NCBI GenBank assembly: GCA_963702795.1
Contig: CAVPDY010000004.1
Coordinates: 358,847-422,846 of the forward strand
Length of the DNA: 64,000 bases
Origin: an uncultured Acidobacteriota bacterium
GTDB taxonomy: Bacteria; Acidobacteriota; Terriglobia; Acidiferrales; UBA7541
Direction: 5' to 3'
Both the position numbers and the translations under genes were made by a program. Shown here one piece after another: positions 20,117 to 30,010 of this stretch. The notes beneath the pieces were generated by a model. The model was not told the DNA's origin, searched no databases, and worked only from the letters and a program-made list of their open reading frames with translations. Positions within the stretch are counted from its first letter, which is position 1; the number at the start of each line of letters is the position of its first letter.

Positions 20117-22007
20117 CGAAAAATTTCTTCACGGGCGGGTAACCCTTCGGATCGTTCATGGACGTCTTCTTGAGAACCAGCGTGCGCGTACAAGTCACCG
20201 TGTCGCCGCTCTGCATACAGGAGTGCGAAAACTCGGCCATGTCGCCTTGCATATTGGCGTCGGGGGGCAGCTTTTCGACCTGAATGTCCACCGGCAACTT
20301 GAGCGTAATCGTGGTGACTTCTTTCGTGGGACTTTCAAAAAGGATGAAAGATTGCCTTTGGGTGGACTTGAACGCGGGAGAGCGATACTGGTCGCCCATC
20401 CACGGATTCAAGAGCACTTCGCCGGGTCCGCCCCCCTCGGTAATGGTGTGCGCCACGTGAGCCTTCACCACCAGCGGCTGCGCGGTGTCCCGAAAATCGG
20501 GATGCGTCACGCCCGAAACGACGGCGTCGCCACGTCCTAGCCCGAAGTAATCGGTCAGCCGCTGTTCGGCTTTGTCGGGGGTCTCATCCATCAAGTCGCT
20601 GCGAAAATCAATCGCTTCGGCGCCTTTAAGGTCCACCTCCGCGTCGCCTTCCACCTTCCAATCGGGGCTGAGCTGCAAAGAAAACTTGGAAGCGGAAACG
20701 TTATCGTCCGGGGAGCCGGCCGGAATCTCGACATCCTGAACTTTCGTTCCCTTCACCACCATGCCCGGCACGCCCCTTTCGAACCACGGCAGGTCTCCAA
20801 AAGGCGCCGCTGCGTCTGCGGCATCCGCGAATACCGGACCTTCCTTAAGATTCACGCGCACAAGCATGCGGGAAAGCTGGTCGAGGTCGGGAAATTGCTT
20901 CACCAGCGTCTGCCAATTTTGCGTGGCCGCAACCACCAGGTCGGCGTCCACCTTCACTTCCTTGAGCATGGTCACGAAGACAGCATTGATCTCGTCCGGA
21001 TCGCCGCGTTTGCCGGAAATCACCTGATCCGCAGTCCGGCTGATCCCGATTCCGCTGAGGTTGCTCGAAGTTATATTCTGTTGCAGATATTTGTAAATGG
21101 CTTGTGCGCGGCTTCGCGGGTCGGGAAGTTTCTCGGCCAGCTCTTTCGCCTTGCTGGCCGTCTCTTTGTTGCTCTTATTCATGTCGGCGACCATCCGCGA
21201 GATTTGATCGGCAACATCGTCCCATCTCTTGATGATGGGGATGATTTGGCCCGAAAACAGCACCTCCGCCGGGCTGAACATCACCATGACGGCGCGATCG
21301 CGAAATGGAACGGAAAAAGGCTCATCACGCACCGGCCGCAAATTTTGCACGGCGTAGTCTGACTCCAAGCCGAGGCTTGTCCGCTTTTGGGCGAAGCTAA
21401 TTTTGTTCGCCGTCGTATCCAGCGGGAGCTGTGACATGGCCAAGTCGGGAGTCACGGAAGTCTTCAGAGAAGACTGCAGCGTGGCCAAGCCGCGCGTATC
21501 AAAAATCCAGGCGGGCGGGTAGAACCAATCCTCGTATTGCTCGGTCTGATATTCGATGATGGCGCCGGGCTGCGCCGAGGAAAACGCAAAGCTGGTAGTC
21601 AGCATCGCGAAGTTGCCGGAGCGATAAGCCACCCCGTGAAAAACCTTCGAGGTGTCGAGAGGAATGATCTGCCCGGAAGGCAAAATCGTTCGCCCCTCGA
21701 TCTTTGTGTAGCGCAGATACTTCGGAGCCTCCAGTTCGACGGTGGCCGCATCGCGTCCCGCGTCGGTGAGAATCTTGACGCGCGTGTAGGTCACGATCTT
21801 GGTTTCCCACAGGCTCGAATCAGCGCGAAGGACCACCATCTCTCCGCGCTTGAACAAGACCAGAGCGCCCGAGCCGGGATCTAGAGCATTGGACGTCATG
21901 TTCTTTTCTGCGTCCGTCACGGGGTCCCAATCAAACGCGGCTACGCGAGGCGCACAAGACAAGAGCAACAAGACGAAAAGGAAGGGGATCCGCAATTGGC
22001 TTCGCAT
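20067..22007 (-). CDS. DUF3857/DUF3858-like secreted protein (paired with 18101..20116)
   Basis: Listed ORF of 646 aa. Signal peptide is MRSQLRIPFLFVLLLLSCAPRVAA. The N-terminal FDWDPVTDAEKNM...ALVLFKRGEM block is typical of this family. Confidence 0.78.
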   Translation of the reverse strand: MRSQLRIPFLFVLLLLSCAPRVAAFDWDPVTDAEKNMTSNALDPGSGALVLFKRGEMVVLRADSSLWETKIVTYTRVKILTDAGRDAATVELEAPKYLRYTKIEGRTILPSGQIIPLDTSKVFHGVAYRSGNFAMLTTSFAFSSAQPGAIIEYQTEQYEDWFYPPAWIFDTRGLATLQSSLKTSVTPDLAMSQLPLDTTANKISFAQKRTSLGLESDYAVQNLRPVRDEPFSVPFRDRAVMVMFSPAEVLFSGQIIPIIKRWDDVADQISRMVADMNKSNKETASKAKELAEKLPDPRSRAQAIYKYLQQNITSSNLSGIGISRTADQVISGKRGDPDEINAVFVTMLKEVKVDADLVVAATQNWQTLVKQFPDLDQLSRMLVRVNLKEGPVFADAADAAAPFGDLPWFERGVPGMVVKGTKVQDVEIPAGSPDDNVSASKFSLQLSPDWKVEGDAEVDLKGAEAIDFRSDLMDETPDKAEQRLTDYFGLGRGDAVVSGVTHPDFRDTAQPLVVKAHVAHTITEGGGPGEVLLNPWMGDQYRSPAFKSTQRQSFILFESPTKEVTTITLKLPVDIQVEKLPPDANMQGDMAEFSHSCMQSGDTVTCTRTLVLKKTSMNDPKGYPPVKKFFDEVAQHDQEVVLLRKQ

Positions 22008-22127
22008 CTCGAGACTCCTGCAACAGGCAGTGCCTGCCTGCGCGATTTTCTAACTAGGAGTACCGGGGACCCGGCGTTCTGGGCGCTAGAGTTACCTCCT
22101 CGGCCCGGGGTTGTCAATCTGAATACG

Positions 22128-22153
22128 TTGTGAGTTGCGGCAGCAACTCACAA
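22128..22153. promoter_or_regulatory. Perfect 11-bp-arm palindrome (possible operator or RNA hairpin) in a divergent intergenic region
   Basis: Sequence is TTGTGAGTTGC-GGCA-GCAACTCACAA. It lies between the start of 20067..22007 (-) and the start of 22391..22801 (+). Confidence 0.4.
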
Positions 22154-22390
22154 GGTGTTAGCGATCTTCGTCTGGCATTCGCCACCGGCGAAACGAGCAG
22201 CGGCGTCCTGTATTCTTGCGCCTTGAGTTCGAAACGCGGGCCCGCGGCCGGCAGAATGGTCTTGCTCGTCCTTGACATTCAGCCGAATGCCGAGTTAGCC
22301 TTGCGTCAGCTTTCATTGGTGTCGTATCGATTCCTTTCGCGCACGAGCGCGCTAACCCTTGGCGGTGGCAAACCTGATCGAGAGGCTCAG

Positions 22391-22801
22391 ATGAAATACA
22401 AACTTAGCGTTGCGGCGGTACTGGGAACTCTGTTGTTGTCGGCGCTTCCTGTGATGGCGCATCACTCCCTGGGGACGGAATTTCAGATGGGCAAGCCATC
22501 GGCGATCACGGGCGTCCTCTCCCGCATCGATTGGGAAAACCCGCATATTTATTGGGAGATTGACGTGAAGGAAGCGGACGGCACAGTGTCGCACTGGAAC
22601 GTGGAAGGCTTGCCGCCGAGTTATCTGCACCGCAGCGGAGTGGATCGCGCGGACATGATGACTCTGATGGGCAAGGAAGTTACAGTCCATGGGCGGTTGG
22701 CCAAGGACGGATCGAAGCTGATGTTCGCGCTGGACTTTACGCTGCCGGACGGCAAGGTGATTCCGGTCGGGCCACGTGCCGGAGACCCGAACGCTCGGTA
22801 G
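22391..22801 (+). CDS. Small secreted DUF6152-like protein, copy 2
   Basis: The ATG at 22391 gives MKYKLSVAAVLGTLLLSALPVMA-HHSLGTEF...ITGVLSRIDWENPHIYWEIDVKEADG. The listed ORF start at 22130 adds a non-protein-like extension. Confidence 0.72.
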   Translation: MKYKLSVAAVLGTLLLSALPVMAHHSLGTEFQMGKPSAITGVLSRIDWENPHIYWEIDVKEADGTVSHWNVEGLPPSYLHRSGVDRADMMTLMGKEVTVHGRLAKDGSKLMFALDFTLPDGKVIPVGPRAGDPNAR

Positions 22802-22828
22802 TCGGCGCTTGCCTGAGGGGAGGGGAGC

Positions 22829-23696
22829 ATGAAGCGAAATCACTTCGTCGGCTCATTGACGATCGCCGCAGCGGCATTGTGGACAATGTATAGCGTCCCT
22901 GCTGTCGCTCAGACCAAGTCTTCGGCGCAGGGTTCTAGCGACAAAAAGTATAATCCTCCCGCCATGCATACCGGTCAATCCGCACCGGCGCCGCACGCTG
23001 CGGACGGCCATGTGGACCTTTCGGGAATGTGGCTTGAGAAGTACGCCGCACTCGGAGCGGATACAGCGGCCGGCGGTGACGGCGCGGAAGAAGGTGGCGC
23101 CACGACGCGTTACCCGACGGACGTAATCCCCTACCAGCCCTGGGCCGCCGCGAAAGCCAAGCAATTGTTCAATTCCGGGAAGGATGACCCGCTGCTGCAC
23201 TGCGAACCCTACGGCGTGCCACGCATCTGGGGCGGGCCGCATCCGGCAAGACTCATCCAGCTTCCCGGAGAACTGGTGATCCTTGTATGAGAGGGATACC
23301 GCCTACCGCATCATCCCGACCGATGGCAGGCCGCATCCGAAGGATGCCGACCCCTCCTGGATGGGCAATTCGGTGGGGACTTGGCAGGGAGACACTCTAG
23401 TCATCGACACCACGGATATCATTGAGAAATCCTGGCTAGGGACGGGAAAGAACGCGGGAGAAGGAAGCGGCTCGTTCCATAGCGATGCGCTTCACGTCAT
23501 CGAGCGAATCCGGCGTCCCGACATGGACCATCTCACGATTCAGATCACCAATGAAGATCCCAAGGTTCTCACCAAGCCGTGGGTTTTCACCTGGAATATG
23601 AACCTGGTCCCACACGAACAGATGTACGAAGACGTGACCTGCTCGAACGAGCAGGATCTTGAACACGTCGTTCCCAATCAAACCTCAGCCAAATAA
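22829..23696 (+). pseudogene. Secreted ~290-aa protein (paralog of 4568..5530) split by a 1-nt frameshift at about 23285
   Basis: Listed ORFs 22829..23290 and 23283..23696 are consecutive halves: ...LPGELVIL(V*) then (L)YERDTAYRIIPTDGRPHP. These align with ...DQVLMLYQNTRTFRTIWTDGRDLP of the intact paralog. Confidence 0.75.
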
Positions 23697-24033
23697 ATAA
23701 AGGTCGTTGACCTGGAGCCTGGAGCAGAGCCGCACCCGACGCTAAGCTCGCTCCGCGACCGGTGATCGGCTTTCTTGGACTTCTCGAACAGTTATCTTCA
23801 CTTGCGCAGCCCCGCGCGAAGCGGGCTACGCCTCGGTCAGAACGAGTCTGTCTCTGTCTACGAGTATTTCTTGCGAAAGCACAGGCTTGCCAGCCGGACT
23901 TAACTCCCGCCAACCATCCCGCAAGTAGACGCGCTCGTTAAGAGACGCCGGGAAAGATCGGAGCCTATTTGGCTGGCTTGTGGCACCGTTCAGTGCGTCT
24001 AGGTTTGCGGAGCGCACGCGCAGAGACTAAGAC

Positions 24034-24071
24034 AAAAAATAGCAAGAGGGACCTGACCCTCCAGGTCCCTC
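24034..24071 (-). terminator. Rho-independent terminator after the TonB-dependent receptor pseudogene
   Basis: On the minus strand a 10-bp stem GAGGGACCTG/CAGGTCCCTC with a 6-nt loop is followed by TTGCTATTTTTTG. It lies 34 nt past the TAA at 24105-24107. Confidence 0.6.
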
Positions 24072-24104
24072 CTGCCGAGATCGTCTCGCTATTTAGGAAG
24101 CCCT

Positions 24105-27100
24105 TTACCAGGTCAGCTTCAGGCCGAACTGGATGTGACGCGGGCCGCCCGAGCCGAGCACGGGATTGTTGCCATCGATACGTCGGGGGTGGCACAGGCG
24201 CAGCCGAACTGGCTATTGCCCGCTCCGGGGTCGACTCCGCCCCGCCTGCCGCTGGAATCGCATAGTCGGCGCGATTGAAGACATTAAAGAACTCCGCGCG
24301 GAACTGTACGCCGTATCGCTCCTTGAACCTCCAGTCCTTGGCGACCGACATGTCCACGTTGTAGTACGGCAAAACGTGGAAAATGTTGCGGGTGCCCGTG
24401 CCGATCGTTCCGAATGCGGGAGGGGTCAGAATCCCACCGTTCTGCAAATAGCAGCCAAAGTTGGCGAGCGCCGCGAGAGCAAGTGTCGCCAGTTGGCTGC
24501 CGGGCGCGTAGGGAGCCGTAGCGGCAGTGCCGCAGACGTCATGGCGGCGGCTCCGCCGAGGAAAGGAATGGTGCCCGGACCGGCTGTAAAGGCCGAGCGC
24601 GGCCCCGATGTAATTCCAGGTTTGTATGGCGGAATCAATGGAATTATTGATCTCGCCAGTACCCAGAATATCGTTCGTCTGATCCACTGGGAACCATGGC
24701 AGGCCGCTCTGGAGGCTGATGATTCCGCTCACCGACCATCCTTCGAGCATCTGTCCTGGCGACTTAATCCCGGGATGGTATAGGTCGGCGAGAAGTTAAG
24801 CCGATTGCGAATGTCGAAATCGCTATTCCCATAGCTGGAGCGCACATTCAAGCTGTCGGCGGGAAGCAGTTGCTGGCTCGTGGAATCGGCCGAGACGATG
24901 TCCAGGGCGTGAGAGAACGTGTAGCCCAAGATGAAGGAAAGCCCGTGGGTGGCGCGTTCATTCAGGGTGAGTTGAAAGCCCGTTGTAATTGGAAAAATCC
25001 TGGTTGCCCAATTGGACGATGTTGCTCAAGTAAGGGAACCGGCTGGCGTACGGCGCAGCTGCGGCTTCGTTGGCCGCGACCGCGTTGTTGAAGGCGGCGT
25101 TTTGTGGATTGCTGCCGAGCACGCCGCACTGGTCAAAAGCGATCGTGTGGGATGCGCTGGCCGCGCAAGAGGCCGCTGGCGTCAGGTTGCCAAGGCCGGA
25201 ATTCGGCATGTTATACCCAGCCCCAATCCCAGGCTGGTTGATGTCGGTCCAGGTTGCCTCGTCCCCGCCGTGCACGCCAATGTAGGCCACATCGAGCGTC
25301 AAGTTGTTGGTGATGGCGCGTTGGATGTCCAAATTCCATTGAATGGAGTACGGCTGCCGGAAGTTTGGATTAACTGCTTGAGTGCTGCACGGCGGCGAAA
25401 CAACAGCACTGGCGGTATTGACCATGTCGCTCGGCGCCAGGCAAGTAACTCCCTGAGTAATTAGCGGTCAGTCCCCAGCCGGGCATATCGTAACATTGAG
25501 CGTCGCACCAGACGGGGAATACTGAGCAGGTGGGGTTCGGCACCAGGGCGCAAGCATTCCAATTGTAATTGCCGCTCGTCAGGGGCAGCGCCTCGGCTGT
25601 ATGGGCATTTGCGGCGGTGCCGCTCTGATTGAGGCCGATACTCGGGACATTGGCCCCGAAGGGAGCAAAGCCGATGTATTCCCCGACGATTTCGGGGTTT
25701 CGCATCAGACTAGCTCCGGCGCGCACTACGGTTTTGCCGTTGCCCTGCACATCCCAGGCCAAGCCAGCGCGAGGCGAAAAGTCCCTATAGTCGGGGTTAT
25801 AGATATTCGGGAGTCGAGGTGCCCGGGCCCGCTTGTTGCACGGCAAAGGTCGTCATTGGATTCACGTTCGGATTGAAGGTGCCTTCGTAGTTGTTCTGCT
25901 CGACGGGTGGCGCCTGATACTCCCAGCGCAAGCCCAGGTTCAAGGTGAGTTTCGTCGTCACCCGGTAATCGTCCTGGGCAAAGACCGCCCACCAGTGCGC
26001 CCGTGCGACTACGTTCGGATCACCAACAAGGATCTGCCCTTTCCGCACATTGCCCGTCAGGAAAGTCTCCAAGGTCTTAAACTGCGCTTGGCCGTTGGCG
26101 TAGTTGAAGGCGTTGTTATCGTAAATAATGTCGATGAATTGAACGCCAAACTTGAAGGCGTGTTTGCCGCGCAAATACGACACGTTGTCGAGCAGGCTGA
26201 AGTTGCCTTCCGGCCCCCGGAAACCGGTGCGCTTGCCCGCTCCCAACCAGCTATTGAACGCGCCGCTGAAAACGATTTCTGGCAGTGCTCCGTAGAGCGG
26301 CTCAGTCGCCGGATTGATCCCGCTGTTGAAGCCATAGCCGCTCGGCCACGGGTTGACCGGAAAATTGTTCGCGTCCGCGGAAAGAGTCTTGGCGTCAAGG
26401 AATCCGTAACCGCCCCGGAACTCATTCACCCAGGTGGAATTCGGAGTCCAGGTCCAGTTTCCCGTCCACTGCTGGACGTTCGACGGAACATTGGCTTCCC
26501 AATTCGGCGTTAATTCGTGGTTATCGTACTGAACGAGCTGATCGGACTTGGAGATGAAATAGAAGCCGCTCAGATGGTGGTGCTGGCTGATGGCGTAGTC
26601 GCCCTTGATGAACCCGTTGTTGAGTGGTCCCGTTGTAACCAGGTTAGGGGTGTAATTGATCGACTGCGTCGGATTGTACGGGAACAGGTTCTCAACCGTG
26701 GAGGAAGGCTTCGCCACCGCGCAGGCGGTTACCAGAACCCACAGCGGTTAAGCCGGCCAATCTTGCGCTAAGGGGATTTACATTTGCCGCCCCGACCGCA
26801 TTACAAGCTCCACCATGCTGAGTGCGGGAACCCAAGCCCGGTGAGGTCCGTGGGAATCGTGTCCACATAGGGATTGGTCAGCGTCGTACGCAATCCTTCG
26901 TAGCCCATGAACCAGAAGATCTTGTCCTTGATAATCCGACCACCGCCAACCGCGCCGAACTGCTCGACGGTTGCTGCCGTGACGCTGTTTGGTCCAGGAG
27001 AATTGAAGGCGTTGCGCGCGTCGAAGGCCTGGGCATCGCGCCCAAAGGCGTACGCAGCGCCATGCAACGAGTTCGTGCCTGACTTCACGCCGACGTCAAC

Positions 27101-27844
27101 GACCGAGCCGTCGCGCCATCCGTACTCCGCCTTGGGATCTTGCTCGGTATTGAATTCCTGGATCGCATCGATGGGCAACAACGAGTTTGCATCTCCCGTG
27201 CGGTACACGCTATTGAGGGTCGTCCCGCCGTTGCTCGGGCCGATCAGAGGGATGCCTTCCACGAGCAGGAGGTCATTCCCCGAGCGCCGGCCATTGGTGC
27301 TCGATTCGCCAGCGCCAGCCCCGGGGTTCGCGACCACGCCGGGGCGCAACTGCAGCAGGCGCTCGAAGTTCCGGCCATTCAAAGGCAGCGCCAGGATGGC
27401 CTGGTTGCTGACGGTCCCGCCCAATGTCGCATCCGTGGTATCAACCGCCGGGGCTTCTGACGTCACCGTGATCGTCTGCGTCTGCGCGCCGGGCTGCAGG
27501 GTCAGGTCCACGCGAATGGTTTGACCGACCTCGACCAGCACGTTGGAACGTTCGGTCGTTTGAAAGCCCTTGGCCGCAGCGCGAACTGTATAGGTTCCAG
27601 GAGTGACGTTCGCAGCGAGGTACTGTCCGGCACTATCCGTGGTCAAATCGCGGTTAATGCCGCGCGCAATGTCGACCACCGTGACCGTGGCGCCGGCGAC
27701 GGCGCCGCCAGTCTGGTCAAACACGCCGCCTTGCAGGGCGCCTGCGCTGCCCTGAGAAAACAGAGGACCTGAAATCAAGAGGATTCCGAGCAACACTCCC
27801 AACAGCGAAGCCACTCCCCTGGAAGAAAGGACCGAACGCTCCAT
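24105..27844 (-). pseudogene. TonB-dependent receptor (CarboxypepD_reg domain, plug and barrel) broken by at least 6 frame disruptions
   Basis: The fragments are listed ORFs 26801..27844, 25797..26717, 25370..25846, 24958..25425, 24729..24929 and 23965..24750. The N-terminus has a signal peptide, then GGVFDQTGGAVAGATVTVVDIARGINRDLTTDSAGQYLAANVTPGTYTVRAAAKGFQ, then the plug block LNGRNFERLLQLRPGV. The canonical C-terminus ...NPVLGSGGPRHIQFGLKLTW-TAA is readable only in yet another frame at 24105..24170. Confidence 0.85.
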
Positions 27845-28200
27845 TGACCCACCTCCGTGGTTAGGACCCCCAAAGATGGTTGCGGAATATCACACGCTCC
27901 CGCCCATCGTCAAGCGATATATTTATGCGGGCTGTAAATAATCAGTACGATGGACCACGGGAAACCTGCAGATGCGGTGAAAATCACGCTGGACTACTTC
28001 ACAAATGAATCGGCCGCGTTTATGACTGATAAGACAAGAAAGGAGAAGAGCGCGAGCGGAAAAACAACAGGGGAGCGGAAACCCATCCAACCATTACGTG
28101 AATCGCCGCTCATCCCCGAAGAAAGGAGCGGTAGGGATCGGTGTCGGCCATGACGCCAGTACCTACAGCGTCGGCGGGAGCAAACGGGGTATTTTCGGCC

Positions 28201-29874
28201 CTATTGCCAGCGGGCTTTCGGGACGTCGCGCCGCCAGACTCTGTCAATCTGGCGCCCTACAAAGTCGCGCGTTGCTTCAACACCGCAACCCAAGTCGCGG
28301 CGCAAGTCATTCCCGGCAATGCGGAAGTCAGCAACGAAGGATCCCCAAACAGAAATCGTCTGTCTCGGCTCTGTCTTTTTCAAAGCGGCCCAGAGCGCAT
28401 CTATGGACTGAAAGCGTTTCTCGGGCTCTTTTTCCAGACATTTTAGGATTGCCGCCTCGGCATCGACGGAAAGCTCTGGCGCCATTTCGCGGGGGTGCTC
28501 GGGGATCTGTCGAAGCTGCTTCGCGGCCACGGTGACGGGAGTTTCGCCCTTGAATGGCGGTATGCCCGTAACCATCTCATAGAGCAAAAGGCCGAGAGCG
28601 TAGATATCGGTGCGCGCGTCCAGTCGTTTGCACTCCACTTGTTCAGGAGCCATGTAGGTAGGAGTGCCGAGCAGCGTGTTGGCGCTTTGACCTCCGCCTT
28701 GGAGCGGCTGCGCGATGCCGAAATCCATGATCTTCACGTTGCCGCTCCGGTCCAGCATGACGTTTGCGGGCTTCAGGTCCGTGTGCACCACGCCTTGCAT
28801 GTGCGCTTCGCGCAGGCCAGCGCAGATTTGCTGCGCAAGTTTCAGCGCATGCTGCCAGGGGAGCGGCCCATCTCGACGCAGCCTGGAAAGCAGGCTTTCT
28901 CCTTCGACGAACTCCATCGAAATATAGGGCACGCCGCTCAAGCGGCTCAGCTCATGAATTCGGCATACATTCTTATGGGTGACCTTCCTGGCCAGGCAAA
29001 CTTCTCGCTTCAAGTTCTCCTGCATGGCCGGCTCTTCGCCGATCCCGGGTTTCAGCGTCTTCAGGGCGATGATCTCGTCGGTTTCCTTGTCGTGAACCTT
29101 ATAAACGATGCCCATGCCGCCCGAGCCCACTCGCGACAGCACCTTGTACCGCGCGGGTATGCCCGAAGGGCCCTGTGCCCAGTTGACTTCGAATAAGTCC
29201 TCATTTTTCCGGATACCGATACTGACTCGCTTGAACCATTGACACTTTAGATCTGGTTCTTTGGACGCGGCCTCGTAGCATTCGCGGGAGATGAGCACCT
29301 GCCCGGCTCCCGCCTCCATCGTGATGCTCGCCGCTACGCTGACTGCCTCGCCGAAAACGTCGATCCCGCGCGGAGGGTTTGCCACACTGAAAATGCCAAT
29401 TCGCAATCCTGGTTGGCTGGCCTGCGAGTTTGAAGCCGCCAGCAGCCGTTCGATCTCCGCAGCGGCGTGGACCGCGGCCACAGGCTCCGAAAACTCCGCC
29501 AGAACGGAACCGCCAGTCTTCCTGACGACCTGTCCGTCGTGCTGCTGAATCACTCTGGCCACACGTTCGTCGCGCGCGCTGACCATTTCCCGCATGCTGG
29601 AATCGCCGCTTCGATCCAGGGACATCGTCGAACTTACACTCTCGGCAAAGAGGATAGCGACGCTCTTTGTATGACGATCGATCCCGCCGCTTTCGAGGCA
29701 GGTCGTCGAGAGATCGTCAGTGATCGAAACAGACATACCCTGCATTCTCCAACCCAAGGGTAGGCTCCCCGAAGGGACGTGCCAATGGCTTGTCGGTAAT
29801 GCGGGTTTAGTACGCTCGTACCAGAAATCGGGGTAGGACTTCCCTAGCAGGCTCCGGTGGGCAGGGCATCGCAA
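28201..29874 (-). CDS. Ser/Thr protein kinase with an N-terminal degenerate class-III cyclase-homology domain
   Basis: Listed ORF of 557 aa. The kinase motifs are YKVLSRVGSGGMGIVYKVHDK...ALK, HTDLKPANVML, DFGIA and GTPTYMAPE. The N-terminal ~170 aa resemble adenylyl/guanylyl cyclase (AILFAESVSST...GGSVLAEF...RIGIFS...VFGEAVSVAASI), but the metal-binding Asp positions are E and G. The start is uncertain; Met codons at 29745 and 29736 are plausible. Confidence 0.85.
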   Translation of the reverse strand: MRCPAHRSLLGKSYPDFWYERTKPALPTSHWHVPSGSLPLGWRMQGMSVSITDDLSTTCLESGGIDRHTKSVAILFAESVSSTMSLDRSGDSSMREMVSARDERVARVIQQHDGQVVRKTGGSVLAEFSEPVAAVHAAAEIERLLAASNSQASQPGLRIGIFSVANPPRGIDVFGEAVSVAASITMEAGAGQVLISRECYEAASKEPDLKCQWFKRVSIGIRKNEDLFEVNWAQGPSGIPARYKVLSRVGSGGMGIVYKVHDKETDEIIALKTLKPGIGEEPAMQENLKREVCLARKVTHKNVCRIHELSRLSGVPYISMEFVEGESLLSRLRRDGPLPWQHALKLAQQICAGLREAHMQGVVHTDLKPANVMLDRSGNVKIMDFGIAQPLQGGGQSANTLLGTPTYMAPEQVECKRLDARTDIYALGLLLYEMVTGIPPFKGETPVTVAAKQLRQIPEHPREMAPELSVDAEAAILKCLEKEPEKRFQSIDALWAALKKTEPRQTISVWGSFVADFRIAGNDLRRDLGCGVEATRDFVGRQIDRVWRRDVPKARWQ

Positions 29875-30010
29875 AACCCGTCCCAGGCATCGTGTTTTGC
29901 GGCGGAAAGGCCTCCTGTTTGCGCTGGGAGCTCTTTCTGGGATGACATTTCGGGCACGTTTACTTCTCCCTGTTCCAAGGCGGTACAGGCCTTCCGGTTA
30001 AGATAATCGC

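Noticed and set aside
22130-22390. N-terminal 87-aa extension of listed ORF 22130..22801.
   Set aside because: The extension is not protein-like and contains the palindrome. The ATG at 22391 gives a canonical signal peptide that aligns with the paralog start.
27950-28153. 67-aa ORF in the intergenic region between the TonB receptor and the kinase gene.
   Set aside because: It is Lys/Glu/Arg-rich, has no RBS and no similarity to anything I recognise. It is probably promoter or leader DNA of the receptor.
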